Counted from the first letter of the stretch, positions 43,917-53,208 are shown. The stretch is DNA of 64,000 bases from Patescibacteria group bacterium (GCA_050949505.1 JBMNFV010000001.1:286284-350283); one strand, 5' to 3'. A program made the numbers and translations. The notes: generated by a model from the sequence alone, not told the origin.

Positions 43917-44354
43917 ATGAAAAATAATAAACCCGGCTTTACTCTCATAGAACTATTAGTCGTTATTGCGATTATTGGTTTACTGTCAACACTCTCCATT
44001 GTTGCCCTTAACTCTGCCCGAGCCAGATCTCGAGATGCCAGACGAGTCTCAGATGTCAAGAACATCCAAATGGCCCTAGAGATGTACTACAATGATCATT
44101 TGGTGTATCCAACTAATACTAGTAGCTTGGTAGCCTCTACAGCCACTCTCACTCCATATTTAATTGTTTTTCCTACACCTCCTACTCCAGCCGATAGCAC
44201 TACTTGTGATAATAATAATAGTTATGATTACAAGTCAGCAGGAAACGATGGTACTTATACGCTCACCTATTGTCTCGGAGCGGGTACTGGAGGAATCCCA
44301 GCGGGTATTAATACAGCCACTCCCTCAGGGATTAGCGATAGGCTAGGGAAATAA
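43917..44354 (+). CDS. type IV pilin-like protein (copy 2, tandem paralog)
   Basis: The first 61 residues match copy 1 exactly, the C-terminal about 30 residues nearly match, and the middle differs. Confidence 0.88.
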   Translation: MKNNKPGFTLIELLVVIAIIGLLSTLSIVALNSARARSRDARRVSDVKNIQMALEMYYNDHLVYPTNTSSLVASTATLTPYLIVFPTPPTPADSTTCDNNNSYDYKSAGNDGTYTLTYCLGAGTGGIPAGINTATPSGISDRLGK

Positions 44355-44396
44355 CAGTATAGGGGTGAAGGATTAAATAAAAAATAGTAAATTAAC

Positions 44397-44423
44397 AAAA
44401 GAGTCTCGCTAGAGGCTCTTTTT
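44397..44423 (+). terminator. intrinsic terminator after the pilin genes
   Basis: aaaagagtctc-gcta-gaggctctttt hairpin. Confidence 0.55.
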
Positions 44424-44629
44424 AGTGTTCCAGTCTGTGCCCCTTTACAAATTAATAAATATGTGGCAGGATACAGAGAAGTTTAGTTATTTAACAAAGC
44501 AAGAGACTGGAGTAATTGGGCTGTGAATTAAGTAGCTTATTTAATTGCTAGCCCAATTACTCCATGTTTAATCTTTAAAAAAGAGGCCCTCAGCGAGACC
44601 GGTAACGGGGTAAGTTGAGGGAAGTATTA

Positions 44630-45235
44630 ATGAAACAAAAAAAGTTAAGCAAACTGGTGAGGAGAACTATCTCCTTACCGATCATTTTCATTTTGCCAAT
44701 TCTGGCAGCCTACCTATTTCTCCTTCCTAAGGAGGTGCCGGTTAAGTTACTAGAGAATCAAATTGTAATACCCCGGTATTATGACTTGATTCTTGTTTAC
44801 CTTTGCTTAGTGGTGCTAGCCGCCACTTCGCTTGTTAAAAAGAGAAAAAAGGATGCGCCCACAGCGATTTTTTTCGCAAGTGTGGGGGCAGGAATATTAA
44901 TTATCACTGCTTTCCATTGGCTTCTTCCGGTAATGACCATAGTCTTTGCGGGAATGGGAGCCATAGTAGTGTCAGCAGCAATAAATTTCTGGGAGATGAA
45001 TAGCAGAAAGTTCTTTGTCGAAACCACGGCCTGGACAAGTCTGCTATTATTAATCTTCCTAGGACTGATTAATACTCTAATTCTCCTTGTAGTCTATTTT
45101 ATAGTTAGCTACGTTTTCATGCTAACTAGAAGGATAGTTATAGGAGAATCCGGACAATGGCTAGTCTATTGCCTAGGACTGGAGAAGGATAAAATAGAGG
45201 AAAAAGAAATAGAAAAAGAGAAGACTGAAGACTAA
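44630..45235 (+). CDS. hypothetical polytopic membrane protein
   Basis: About 5 TM helices and an acidic/Lys-rich tail. GAGGGA lies upstream of ATG 44630. Confidence 0.5.
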   Translation: MKQKKLSKLVRRTISLPIIFILPILAAYLFLLPKEVPVKLLENQIVIPRYYDLILVYLCLVVLAATSLVKKRKKDAPTAIFFASVGAGILIITAFHWLLPVMTIVFAGMGAIVVSAAINFWEMNSRKFFVETTAWTSLLLLIFLGLINTLILLVVYFIVSYVFMLTRRIVIGESGQWLVYCLGLEKDKIEEKEIEKEKTED

Positions 45236-45252
45236 GTCTTCGTCTAATAACC

Positions 45253-45280
45253 AAGAGCTTGTCAGACAAGCTCTTTTTTT
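45253..45280. terminator. terminator between convergent genes
   Basis: aagagcttg-tcaga-caagctctt hairpin plus T run. Confidence 0.6.
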
Positions 45281-45322
45281 ATTTAAAATAATCACAACTA
45301 TCTTTAAATAGTGAGGCTAAGG

Positions 45323-46258
45323 CTAGATAGTGTTTTTAAAATATTGAATAGTTTTTTCTAAGCCCTCGGCTAAAGATATGGAAGGAGACCAGTTAAGAGT
45401 TTGTTTGGCTAGGGAAATATCAGGACGTCTTTTTTTAGGGTCATCAGTTAGGGCGGGTAAATAGCTTAGTTTGCTTTGGCTCTCAGGTAGCAGGGCCAGG
45501 ACTTTCTCAGCTAATTCTTTGATGGTAAATTCAGCGGGATTACCTAAATTAACTGGACCAATGAAGTTTTGGGTATTGTTCATCATTAGGACCATTCCAT
45601 TGATCAGATCATCTATATACTGAAAAGAACGGGTTTGTGAGCCATCGCCATTAATAGAAATATTTTCATTTTTTAGAGCTTGGATAATGAAGTTAGAGAT
45701 TACCCGGCCATCATTAGTAGCTAAATAGGGGCCGTAGGTGTTAAAAATCCTAATTATCCTGATATCCACTTGATATTGTTTATGGTAGTCCATAAACAGA
45801 GACTCAGCTACACGTTTGCTTTCATCATAACAAGAACGAGGGCCGAGGCAGTTAACGTGGCCAAAATAGTCTTCAGTTTGAGGGTGAACCTGAGGGTCGC
45901 CGTATACCTCAGAGGTAGAAGCCTGAAGGATACGAGCGCCAGTTTGTCTAGCGAGATTTAAGAGATTAATTGCTCCTAGGACCGAAGTGGTCGTAGTTTT
46001 AACAGGGTTAGCTTGATAGTGCTCTGGAGAGGCGGGGCAAGCTAGATTATAGATTTGATCAACTTGAGCAAAGTAGGGCTCTTCAATATCATGTTTGATA
46101 AATTGAAAGTTTTTGTTGGCTATTAAATCTTGAATATTAGCTTCCGAGCCAGTTAGCAAGTTATCTAAACAGATTACTTGCTCTCCCTCGGCTAATAAGC
46201 GACGGCAGAGATGACTACCAATAAAGCCGGCTCCGCCGGCCACTAAAATAGTTTTCAT
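45323..46258 (-). CDS. UDP-glucuronate decarboxylase / UDP-xylose synthase-like NAD-dependent sugar dehydratase
   Basis: [21 protein letters not shown], catalytic [14 protein letters not shown]. Confidence 0.85.
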   Translation of the reverse strand: MKTILVAGGAGFIGSHLCRRLLAEGEQVICLDNLLTGSEANIQDLIANKNFQFIKHDIEEPYFAQVDQIYNLACPASPEHYQANPVKTTTTSVLGAINLLNLARQTGARILQASTSEVYGDPQVHPQTEDYFGHVNCLGPRSCYDESKRVAESLFMDYHKQYQVDIRIIRIFNTYGPYLATNDGRVISNFIIQALKNENISINGDGSQTRSFQYIDDLINGMVLMMNNTQNFIGPVNLGNPAEFTIKELAEKVLALLPESQSKLSYLPALTDDPKKRRPDISLAKQTLNWSPSISLAEGLEKTIQYFKNTI

Positions 46259-46390
46259 AAGTTATAAGTGTTAAAGGTTAGTAAACAGAAAGACAAGTTT
46301 ATGGTAGCAGGGATTAGCTAATCTGTAAATGAATGAGAGAGAAGTATAGATATGCCTTGTCTTAACAGGTTAATAATGACTTAATGGACT

Positions 46391-46716
46391 TTATTTTTTC
46401 TTTATATTTATTTTATACCCCTCAAATAGACTTAGGTTTAGTTCTTTATTTTTTCTTTATATTTTCTTTATATTTCTTTTATAGCCCTCAAATAGACTTA
46501 GGCTTAGTTCTTTATATTTTCTTTATATTTTCTTTATTTCTCTTTATATTTTCTTTATATTTTCTTTATATTCTCTTTACAGCTCTCAAATAAGCTTAGG
46601 TTTAGTTCTTTATTTTTTCTTTATATTTTCTTTATATTTCTTTTATAGCCCTCAAATAGGCTTAGGTTTAGTTCTTTATTTTTTCTTTATATTTCTCTTT
46701 ATTTTTTCTTTATATT
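46391..46716. repeat. nested tandem repeat: four conserved cores of about 35 bp separated by variable numbers of 10-11 bp TTCTTTATAT(T) micro-repeats
   Basis: The cores (cctcaaata[ga][ag]cttagg[tc]ttagttctttat) start at 46421, 46487, 46585 and 46651 (spacing 66/98/66). The array lies between divergent uxs-like and flippase genes. Confidence 0.9.
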
Positions 46717-46843
46717 TTAATAATAGGGAAGTTGAGGCAATAGATCGGCTATTAGAAGGTTTGAGAATTAACTGGAATTTATTGCCTAAATATGCTAGTT
46801 TATAGAGGTCAGGGAAGTATTGTTAATCTCTAATTACCCCTTA

Positions 46844-48154
46844 ATGCTAACTAAACTATTTCAAACAATTGAGAAAATAACACCAGTTAAATGGCGTTGG
46901 ATTTTTAATCATGAAGGCTTTAGGCGCTATTTTGCTAATACTGGTTGGATGTTTCTAGGACAAGCCTTTGGCTTGTTAATGTCTTTTTTGGTGGGGGCTT
47001 GGGTTATCCGCTATTTAGGGCCAGAGCGTTATGGGATCTTTTCTTACGCTCTAGCCTTTGCGGGACTATTTTCTTTCCTGGCTTCACTAGGAGTGGATAA
47101 TATTTTACAGCGAGAATTAGTTAATACTCCAGAGAAGCGAGATCAATTAATGGGAACCGCGTTAGTGATGAAGTTAGTTGGTGGTGGAATAGCGTTTATT
47201 GTGACGGTAGGAACTATCTTCTTGATTGATTCTTCTAATCTAGTGAGATTCCTAGTTCTAATTCAAGCCCTAGCTTTAATTATCCAAGCCTTTGGGGTGA
47301 TAAGCCTGTTCTTTCAAGCGCAAGTTCAAGCCAAAAAGAATATTCAATCACAGATAATGGCTGGACTAATCTCTAGTGCTCTTAAAGTTATCCTTATTTT
47401 AAATGGACTAGGAGTCATTTGGCTAATGTTGATTTATGTATTAGATAGCGTTTGGATTAGCTTGTTTTTGTTCCGAGCCTATCAACGATCAGGACTCAAG
47501 GTTAGGGCTTGGCGCTTTAAATTACCGCTTGCTAAACAGATTTTTAGAAGTTCTTGGTTATTAGCGCTTACCAATGCCTCGATGTTGGTTTATATGAAAA
47601 TAGATCAGGTAATGATCGGACAAATAATTGATAAGCAGGCAGTGGGTTTGTATGCCTCTACGGTGCGAGTCTTTGAGCTAACCTATGTAGCGCCAGCAAT
47701 TATTGCTGGCTCACTATTTCCCGCTATTTTAAATGCTAGAAAAACTGATTTACAGTCTTATCATAATCGTTTAAGGAGCATGGGGAAGTTATTGGCGATA
47801 ATATCTATTTTAATAGCCTTAGCGACAACTTTATTAGCTAAGTATATTATTATTATCCTGTTTGGAGCTGATTACTCAGCAGCAATCATAACTCTTCAAA
47901 TTGGCGCTTGGTCAATAGTGGGGATGGCCTTAACTTATTTAGTTAATCAATATTTAATAGCGGAAGATAAGATAAAATTCTACTTCATTATTACCCTAAT
48001 CGGTGCTATAGTGAACATAGGACTAAACTACTATCTCATCCCCCACTACGGCATCAATGGAGCCGCCATCGCCACCATTATCGCCTATTTAGTGGTGCCG
48101 GGAGTGGGGATGACTTATTTTAATTTAAATAGAAAGAAACATGAAAAGCAATGA
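46844..48154 (+). CDS. polysaccharide flippase (Wzx/MOP superfamily)
   Basis: About 12-14 TM helices and the typical N-terminal pattern (NTGWMFLGQAFGLLMSFLVGAWVIRYLGPERYG). Confidence 0.8.
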   Translation: MLTKLFQTIEKITPVKWRWIFNHEGFRRYFANTGWMFLGQAFGLLMSFLVGAWVIRYLGPERYGIFSYALAFAGLFSFLASLGVDNILQRELVNTPEKRDQLMGTALVMKLVGGGIAFIVTVGTIFLIDSSNLVRFLVLIQALALIIQAFGVISLFFQAQVQAKKNIQSQIMAGLISSALKVILILNGLGVIWLMLIYVLDSVWISLFLFRAYQRSGLKVRAWRFKLPLAKQIFRSSWLLALTNASMLVYMKIDQVMIGQIIDKQAVGLYASTVRVFELTYVAPAIIAGSLFPAILNARKTDLQSYHNRLRSMGKLLAIISILIALATTLLAKYIIIILFGADYSAAIITLQIGAWSIVGMALTYLVNQYLIAEDKIKFYFIITLIGAIVNIGLNYYLIPHYGINGAAIATIIAYLVVPGVGMTYFNLNRKKHEKQ

Positions 48155-49238
48155 AAAAATCTTACTCTTGATCACTAAAGCTGAGGTGGGAGGGGCTCAG
48201 AATTTTGTTGCCAACCTAGCTAAGGGACTAAAAGAGTCAGGCAGAGAGGTTAGCATAGCGGCGGGAGAAGGGGAGTATTTGTCTGAGTATGCCCATGACC
48301 AGCAGATTAATTTTTTTAGAATTAAAGACCTTAAAAGAGGTTTTTCTTTTTTAGCTAATCTATCATTTCTCAGAAACTCCTTGAAATATATTAAGGAAAA
48401 CAAGTTTGACGTGATTCATTTAAATAGCACTAATACTCTGTTACTAGCACCATTTTTAAAGATATTTTCTAAAAAAACTAAAATAGTTTTCACTGTGCAT
48501 GGTTTATCAGTTTTAGACCCTGGCTATGAAGATAATATATTAAAGAAGTTACTATTTTTTATTTTTTTTAAGTTTAACCTTTTGTTTGTAAATGAAATAG
48601 TATTTGTTAGTGAGAATAATTTAAAGATCGCTCAGAAAAATAAAATTACGAATAGGGGAATAGTAATATACAATGGAGCAGAAGTAGATTTTTATAACAG
48701 GGAGGTAGCGAGGGAGTATTTAATAGAAAAGTCTAAGATTTTAGAAGACTCTTTTTTAATAGGATCTGTGGGAAGACTAGCCTATCCTAAAAACTATGAG
48801 TTTCTCATTAATAATTTTAAGGAGGTTTTAGGAGAAATTCCTAATGCTAAACTAATTCTAATTGGTGATGGTCCTAATAGGGAAAAATATCAAAAGCTAA
48901 TAGGTGAAAGAGGTTTAGATAATGATGTATTACTATTAGGAGAAATAGTTGATGCTGCTAAATATCTTAAAGGACTAGATTTATTTGTTTTACCCTCCAT
49001 TTATGAAGGTCTATCAATTTCTTTAATAGAAACTGTGCTAGCCAAAGTTCCAGCTATTGCTAGTGATGTTGGAGGTAATTATGAGGTAATTGGCAAAGAG
49101 AGTTGTTTTAGATTAAATAATAAAGAAAGCTTTTTAGAAATATTAAAACTTGTTAGCAATAAAAGCAGTATTCAGGATCCAAAAAAGTTCTCTTTAAATA
49201 CTATGGTTACGAAATATTTAGAAATTTATAAAAAATAA
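48141..49238 (+). CDS. glycosyltransferase family 4 (GT-B)
   Basis: GGAQNF N-terminus and C-terminal PSIYEGLSISLIETVLAKVPAIASDVGGNYEVI (E-x7-E type motif). Confidence 0.8.
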   Translation: MKSNEKILLLITKAEVGGAQNFVANLAKGLKESGREVSIAAGEGEYLSEYAHDQQINFFRIKDLKRGFSFLANLSFLRNSLKYIKENKFDVIHLNSTNTLLLAPFLKIFSKKTKIVFTVHGLSVLDPGYEDNILKKLLFFIFFKFNLLFVNEIVFVSENNLKIAQKNKITNRGIVIYNGAEVDFYNREVAREYLIEKSKILEDSFLIGSVGRLAYPKNYEFLINNFKEVLGEIPNAKLILIGDGPNREKYQKLIGERGLDNDVLLLGEIVDAAKYLKGLDLFVLPSIYEGLSISLIETVLAKVPAIASDVGGNYEVIGKESCFRLNNKESFLEILKLVSNKSSIQDPKKFSLNTMVTKYLEIYKK

Positions 49239-49265
49239 ACTAACTTAATTAACTAAGTGTTAAAA

Positions 49266-49973
49266 ATGAAAAAAATACCAAAAATTATTCATTATTGTTG
49301 GTTTGGAAAGAAGCCTAAGTCTCCTTTAGTTTTAAAGTGTATAGCTAGCTGGAAAAGAGTATTGCCGGACTATGAAATCAAAGAATGGAATGAAGACAAC
49401 TTTGATATAAATTTTAATTCTTATACAAAAAATGCATACGATGACAAGAAGTGGGCATTTGTTTCTGATGTTGCAAGGCTTTTTGCATTGCATGAGGAGG
49501 GGGGGGTATACCTGGATACGGATATGTATGTCTTAAAAAACTTCAATGATCTTTTAAATTATGATTCTTTTCTGGGAAAAGAAGACAATAGGGCGATAAA
49601 TGGGGCAATTTGGGGGGCTAAAAAGGGGGATAGGCTAGTGGGGGATGTTTTGGCGTATTATAATTCTAAAAATATAGACCCAAGGACGATTCCCGAAATT
49701 ATTACAGATGTCTATAAAAAAAATATTTTTAAGTATAGTGAGGTAAAAATTTTTGATAAAATTTACTTTTATCCCTTTGGTATTAATGAGATAAAAAAAT
49801 TTAATTATCAAAATGCTCCCCTGGAAAGCTATGCAGTTCATTTGTGGAATTATTCCTGGGGGCATCCGTTGAATAAATTTATAAAAAAAATTGGATTACA
49901 CCAATTTATTAAACAATATACCGAAAAACTAGGCATAAAGGATAATATTAAAAAAATTTTTAAAATCACATAA
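49266..49973 (+). CDS. glycosyltransferase, GT32/Gly_transf_sug-like (DXD)
   Basis: IPKIIHYCWFG, VSDVARLFALHEEGGVYLDTDM. Contains a G8 tract. Confidence 0.75.
   Translation: MKKIPKIIHYCWFGKKPKSPLVLKCIASWKRVLPDYEIKEWNEDNFDINFNSYTKNAYDDKKWAFVSDVARLFALHEEGGVYLDTDMYVLKNFNDLLNYDSFLGKEDNRAINGAIWGAKKGDRLVGDVLAYYNSKNIDPRTIPEIITDVYKKNIFKYSEVKIFDKIYFYPFGINEIKKFNYQNAPLESYAVHLWNYSWGHPLNKFIKKIGLHQFIKQYTEKLGIKDNIKKIFKIT
49499..49506 (+). repeat. G8 homopolymer inside the GT32-like gene
   Basis: gag ggg ggg gta, encoding EGGV, in an otherwise very AT-rich gene. Confidence 0.95.
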
Positions 49974-49974
49974 T

Positions 49975-50734
49975 ATGAAATTTTCTATTATCACCCCAAC
50001 GCACAAGAGGCCAAAGGAATTAAAGAGAGCTGTGGAGTCACTATTAAATCAAGATTATCCTAATTGGGAAATGATTATAATAAATGATTCTCCAAATTTT
50101 AATTATACTGAAATAGATAATGGGGACATAATGAGAGACAAGAGAATAAGATATTTTAAAAACAAAGAGAATATGGGGGTAAATTTTTCTAGAAACTTTG
50201 CTCTTGATAATATTAGCTTAGATTCTGATTATATTATTTTTTTAGACGATGATGATTGGCTCAATCAACAGTGTTTAAGTGAGGCGATAAATACTGTCAA
50301 GCAAAATCCAGCTCATGGTTGGTATGTTTCAAATAGGGCAATTTTTAACGACAATAAGCCAATTACTATAAATGTCGTCAATAAAAAAGAGATTAATTAT
50401 TTAAAGGATTATCTTATTTTTAAAAAATTCAAAGGAGATGCTACTCATGTTATTTCCACAAAATATAAAAATATAAGATTTTCTAGTAAAACAGGCCGAA
50501 GAGTGGATGTATTTTGTGCAATTATCTAATAATTTTTTTTATTATGATTTTAATTCTACGTTTAGCGATGGATATGATTATGAGGGCGTGTCTAGAATGT
50601 ATAAAAACAAAATAGAAAAATTAAAAAATACAGTTAAGCTCTATCAAGAGCTATTTAAGCTAAAAAAGTTTAATTTTTATATTTGGTTTATTTATTTGCC
50701 ATTAAGAGTGGGGGCTATTTTTTTGAAGAATTAG
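49975..50734 (+). pseudogene. family 2 glycosyltransferase split by a +1 frameshift (two overlapping ORFs 49975..50529 and 50507..50734)
   Basis: The N-terminal part has FSIITPTHKRP...IIINDSP...FLDDDD. The downstream frame is open from 50477 and reads ..AEEWMYFVQLS... Removing one C in ggCCgaa (about 50496) would fuse the two frames. Confidence 0.6.
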
Positions 50735-50803
50735 CAGACAAGAGGATTCATTTAATTGGAGCTATGAATTAATTATTAGCGTGATTTATTATTATAAAAA
50801 TCA

Positions 50804-51832
50804 TTATGGCATGCCAATATGCTCAGGTATGTCAAAATTTTTTATTATCCCCCTTTTTATAGATTTAATAATTAGGCGATTGCGTTGAATTAAATGCATA
50901 TTTATACCTTTTTTAAAGATATAAAATAAATTCATAACCAATAGGATTATAAAAGTATTTGCTAAAAAGAAAGCCTTATTAGCCTGGTTAATATGGATAA
51001 TATTATAAGTGTTATTTCTAAAATTTAGGAACACTCTAAATGGATCGTTATTTTTTGAAAATGGAGCCAAGAATCCGCCCTCTCTATTATTTATGTCAAC
51101 ATCCTCTATATAGGGGTGAAATAAAGAGTAAGAAGTCCCCCCCCCAATTGTTTTTATTCTATTAGACCATTCTACATCGTCAGCATAGGTAAAAAATTCT
51201 TTTAAGGGCAGTCCAGCTAGGCTTATGATTTCTTTAGATAAAAAAGCTCCTCCGTAAGCAAAGCCATTCTGAATGCAAATGGGAATAAATTTTTTACTTT
51301 GCAATTTCTTTGATTCATTAAAAATATGTTTTTTTATTAAACTTAACACAACTTTATAGTTAAACATGTTAAATCCAAATAGACTTTTTTGTGAATTTGG
51401 AATATATTTTCCATAAAAAAATCTAATATCTGTATATGCACTTCTTCTTCCTGATAAGATTATTTTTTGCCTATCTTTTTTTGGGAATAGAAATAGAGCC
51501 GAAGTAAAATATTTAATAAAATTAGATTCAGGCACATTATCATCATCTAAGAGTAGAACATAGTCAGACTTTGTAGTTAAAAAGTACTCTAGTCCTGCTG
51601 AAAAGCCACCCGCTGATCCTTTGTTTTCTTTTAAGGTAATGTGTTTTGTATTTACGTCTCTATTATTTTCTATAAATTTAGATATATTTTGAGAAGACGA
51701 TGAGTTGTTGTCTACTATAATAATCTCAAACAATCTTTTATCTTGCCTACTTTCAGAAGCACACCTATCTAATACTTGCTGTAAATATTTAAATCTATCC
51801 CCATACGTGACTGTTAGAATTGAAATTTTCAT
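50804..51832 (-). CDS. family 2 glycosyltransferase (rhamnosyltransferase-like)
   Basis: KISILTVTYGDR, IIIVDNNSS, LLLDDDN, C-terminal TM segment. Contains a G9 (C9 on the plus strand) tract. Confidence 0.8.
   Translation of the reverse strand: MKISILTVTYGDRFKYLQQVLDRCASESRQDKRLFEIIIVDNNSSSSQNISKFIENNRDVNTKHITLKENKGSAGGFSAGLEYFLTTKSDYVLLLDDDNVPESNFIKYFTSALFLFPKKDRQKIILSGRRSAYTDIRFFYGKYIPNSQKSLFGFNMFNYKVVLSLIKKHIFNESKKLQSKKFIPICIQNGFAYGGAFLSKEIISLAGLPLKEFFTYADDVEWSNRIKTIGGGTSYSLFHPYIEDVDINNREGGFLAPFSKNNDPFRVFLNFRNNTYNIIHINQANKAFFLANTFIILLVMNLFYIFKKGINMHLIQRNRLIIKSIKRGIIKNFDIPEHIGMP
51137..51145 (-). repeat. G9 homopolymer (C9 on the plus strand) inside the GT2 gene
   Basis: att ggg ggg ggg act, encoding IGGGT. 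Confidence 0.95.
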
Positions 51833-51885
51833 AAATTATTTTTCTAAAATTAATAGTTTAGAGTAATAGTTTAAGTTAGATGTGT

Positions 51886-53208
51886 CTACCTCCCCCCTCT
51901 CCCTAGGACAGTGGCGATGGTCTTGAGGGTGATGACGAGGTCTAGGTAGAGAGAGCGGTGCTTGAGGTAGAAGAGGTCATATTGGAGCTTTTCTAGGGTG
52001 TCTTCTGGGGAGGGCGAGTGGTAGGTGCCAGAGACTTGGTCCCAGCCACTGATGCCGGGTTTGATTAGTAGTCTGGTCTTGTAGAAGGGAATAGCTAATT
52101 CTAAGTCTTTCACTAGCTCGGGTCGTTCGGGTCGGGGGCCAATAAAGCTCATTTCACCACGGAAGATATTAATTGCTTGAGGGAGCTCATCTAGTCTAGT
52201 TTTGCGTAAGAAATTGCCAACAGGAGTGATACGACGATCTTTAGTGCTAGTAGGTTGACCGTGGTTGTTGGTGGTGCGCATAGTGCGGAATTTTAGGATC
52301 TTAAAGATCTGTTCATTGCGACCATAGCGCTCTTGAGTGAAGAAGACGGGCCCACGACTCTCTAGCTTGATAATTAGAGCAATAAGGGGGAAGAGGGGAA
52401 TGAGAATTAGGATTAGGAGACTAGCTCCTAAAAGATCAAGGAGACGCTTTAAGAAGTTAAAGTAGTTCTTATTACCTTCGTTAAGATTATTTAAGAACCA
52501 GTCAGGACCAATGGCCTCCACGGGCACTTTACCACTTAAGAGCTCATAGAAGCTAGGATAGTCATAGAAGCTCAGGTTGAGGGCTAGACAAGCAAAGAGA
52601 GCAGTTTGGACCTGCTCACTGCTACCAAAGTCATCACAAATAACAACAGTGCGAATATTCTTATCTTTAATTAAATTAACTATCTCCGCTAGTTCAGCGG
52701 TATCTTTGATAATCGTGGCTAGCTCATAACCCGCTCCGGGGTTTTTTTGAAGCTCTTGTTGTAATTTAGCGCTATATTGATTATTACCAATAATGACTAG
52801 CTGGTTCTTTTGTAGGGAGCGGTTCAGAGCTTGCCAACTGGTCCGCCAGATAAGAAAGAGGACAATAAACAGGCCGCTAAAGATCAGCAAATTAGTTCGG
52901 GGAGTGACCGAGGAGTTGACGTTAAGGTAGAAATAGATAACGGAGAAGATTAGACTAAGACTTAAGGTGGAAGTGACTTTCTTAAAGAAGGCCTTGCTAG
53001 GCGCAGCAAAGTTAAGGTTGTAGAGGTCACTAATATACAAAAAGACTAGCCAAATAGCGAAGACTACCAGGAAATAGGGGAGGTGGTGTCGGTAATTATC
53101 ACTCCAAGATAAGGAGCCATAGCGTAGGAGCAGGGTAAATAGCAGGGCTAGGTTAAGAACGAGAAGGTCACCGAGCAGAAGAATGATTTTTTTAAAACGT
53201 TTATTCAT
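51886..53208 (-). CDS. polyprenyl-phosphate glycosyl-phosphotransferase (WbaP/bacterial sugar transferase family), initiating enzyme
   Basis: N-terminal TM bundle and C-terminal RLDELPQAINIFRGEMSFIGPRPERPE. Either ATG 53208 or ATG 53235 could be the start. Confidence 0.85.
   Translation of the reverse strand: MNKRFKKIILLLGDLLVLNLALLFTLLLRYGSLSWSDNYRHHLPYFLVVFAIWLVFLYISDLYNLNFAAPSKAFFKKVTSTLSLSLIFSVIYFYLNVNSSVTPRTNLLIFSGLFIVLFLIWRTSWQALNRSLQKNQLVIIGNNQYSAKLQQELQKNPGAGYELATIIKDTAELAEIVNLIKDKNIRTVVICDDFGSSEQVQTALFACLALNLSFYDYPSFYELLSGKVPVEAIGPDWFLNNLNEGNKNYFNFLKRLLDLLGASLLILILIPLFPLIALIIKLESRGPVFFTQERYGRNEQIFKILKFRTMRTTNNHGQPTSTKDRRITPVGNFLRKTRLDELPQAINIFRGEMSFIGPRPERPELVKDLELAIPFYKTRLLIKPGISGWDQVSGTYHSPSPEDTLEKLQYDLFYLKHRSLYLDLVITLKTIATVLGRGGR

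Noticed and set aside
43874-44065. 63 aa minus-strand ORF across the pilin intergenic region
   Set aside because: It is antisense to the conserved N-terminus of pilin copy 2 and is a shadow ORF.
46384-46593. 69 aa ORF (MDFIFSLYLFYTPQIDLGLVLYFFF...) and a possible CRISPR array in the repeat region
   Set aside because: The ORF is just a translation of the tandem repeat. The 'spacers' between the conserved 35 bp cores are themselves low-complexity micro-repeats rather than unique sequences, and no cas genes are nearby, so this is not a CRISPR array.
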